A stretch of 64,000 nt of DNA from Malacoraja senta (Eukaryota), in the NCBI GenBank assembly GCA_038087875.1, contig JAXLNO010000179.1:62001-126000 (forward strand), given 5' to 3'. A program made the translations under genes and the position numbers. Shown here piece by piece: positions 62,980-64,000 of this stretch (position 1 is the first letter of the stretch; the number at the start of each line of letters is the position of its first letter). Under the pieces are notes generated by a model that was not told the origin of the DNA, ran no database searches, and saw only the letters and a list, made by a program, of their open reading frames with translations.

Positions 62980-63937
62980 ATGAACAGTGCACCTGCCTGA
63001 AAGGCTACGGATCAAGTTCTGGAATTTGGGCAGCTATTTTCCAGCCGGCACGGACACCATCTTCTATGTCACCAACTCTACGATTCCTTGAAACTGGCAA
63101 GACGTCTGATTCACACAACAAAGGGGAAACCTGGAGCGCTCTCCCCAAAAGGCTTTTTGGATGCTGTGGGTCAGTTGGTACTTTCACTGCCATGTTAGAT
63201 AAGAATTTTGGTGGGAGGGTTAATGAGGGATTCAGAGCAAATGTGCATAAATTAATCTGAGCACAGGCCTTCCCTGACTAATAAATGGATTCCATTTGTA
63301 CAGATGTTGATTTTCTGTACGTCAGAAAATAGACAAAAATCACTCTATGTTTACCATTTTGTAATGAATGGCATTAAAAAACACATAATGCTGACAAGAA
63401 GGAACAATTGTTAAAAGAGACAAAACTAGTTCGAACGTTCCTAGAAATGAACGTATGTATGTACATCGGACTTGAATTTAACATTGGAGCTTTTCTGCAT
63501 GTATGGGTTTCTCGTTTGTGGGGCATTTGTTACTCTGGGACAGCCTGTGTACTGCTCTGTCATGGTCTAATTGAATGTCAAGAAAAATATTAGAGGAACT
63601 GAATTGATTATGCTTTTAGCTTTGAAGAGGGATGTTGTACAGATCATCTAATTGAGGTATAGAAAAGTATTTATGGCACGGAATATAATTTTATATTCAG
63701 GAGGGAGGGACGGAATGCTGAGGCACAACAAATTTGCCATATGCTTGTTTAGTTTCTGTAATGAAGAATGAATTATAATCTAGCAAGCAAAGTCATTAAT
63801 GGATTGTCTCGCGATTCCCAGGCATACTTTACACATGCCTGGCTATTTCACGTAATAGATCAAAAGTATTGCCTTTGATTCTTTTTCACTAAATCAGTAT
63901 CCCTTGGTTGGAAACCTTTATGCCTTTGGCAAGAAAC
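62980..63937 (+). pseudogene. Mirror copies of the decayed exons (62980-63177, 63753-63937)
   Basis: MNSAPA*KATDQ...GFLDAVGQL | FL**RMNYN...GWKPLCLWQE; donors gtactt and gtatgt. Confidence 0.45.
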
Positions 63938-64000
63938 GTATGTACCTGACTGATCTATGAACTCTCCTTTTAACCTTCTCTAAGCATGACAATCCCACTT

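Larger units (their letters stand above)
59704..64000 (-). repeat. Right arm of large inverted duplication (runs off window)
   Basis: Window end caatcccactt is the reverse complement of 56039-56049. Confidence 0.97.

Overview
Eukaryotic, intron-rich, transposon-dense vertebrate DNA. The V-SINE/HE1-like, CR1, Rex1 and Penelope-type repeats suggest a cartilaginous fish, probably a skate or ray (inference). No CRISPR array, rRNA or true tRNA was seen. The window holds: (1) the last six phase-compatible exons of an apparently intact coiled-coil gene (+, 916-7479); (2) a frameshifted kelch-repeat gene remnant (+, 31854-40001); (3) a multi-exon gene decayed by nonsense codons (-, 22-29 kb), with similar decayed exons at 55.8-57 kb; (4) many retroelements, including two tandem Vingi/Ingi-like LINEs with a 5' HDV-like ribozyme fold, nested CR1/L2/L1, two near-full Rex1/Babar elements, a young full-length Gypsy, a CR1 with intact ORF2, and Penelope-derived repeats with minimal hammerhead cores; (5) DNA-transposon remnants; (6) a large inverted duplication (56039-59252 against 59704 to beyond 64000) around a 450-bp spacer holding a (CCCCTT)n tract and a CpG-rich promoter. 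All alignments and translations were done by eye, and repeat boundaries are approximate unless a TSD is given.
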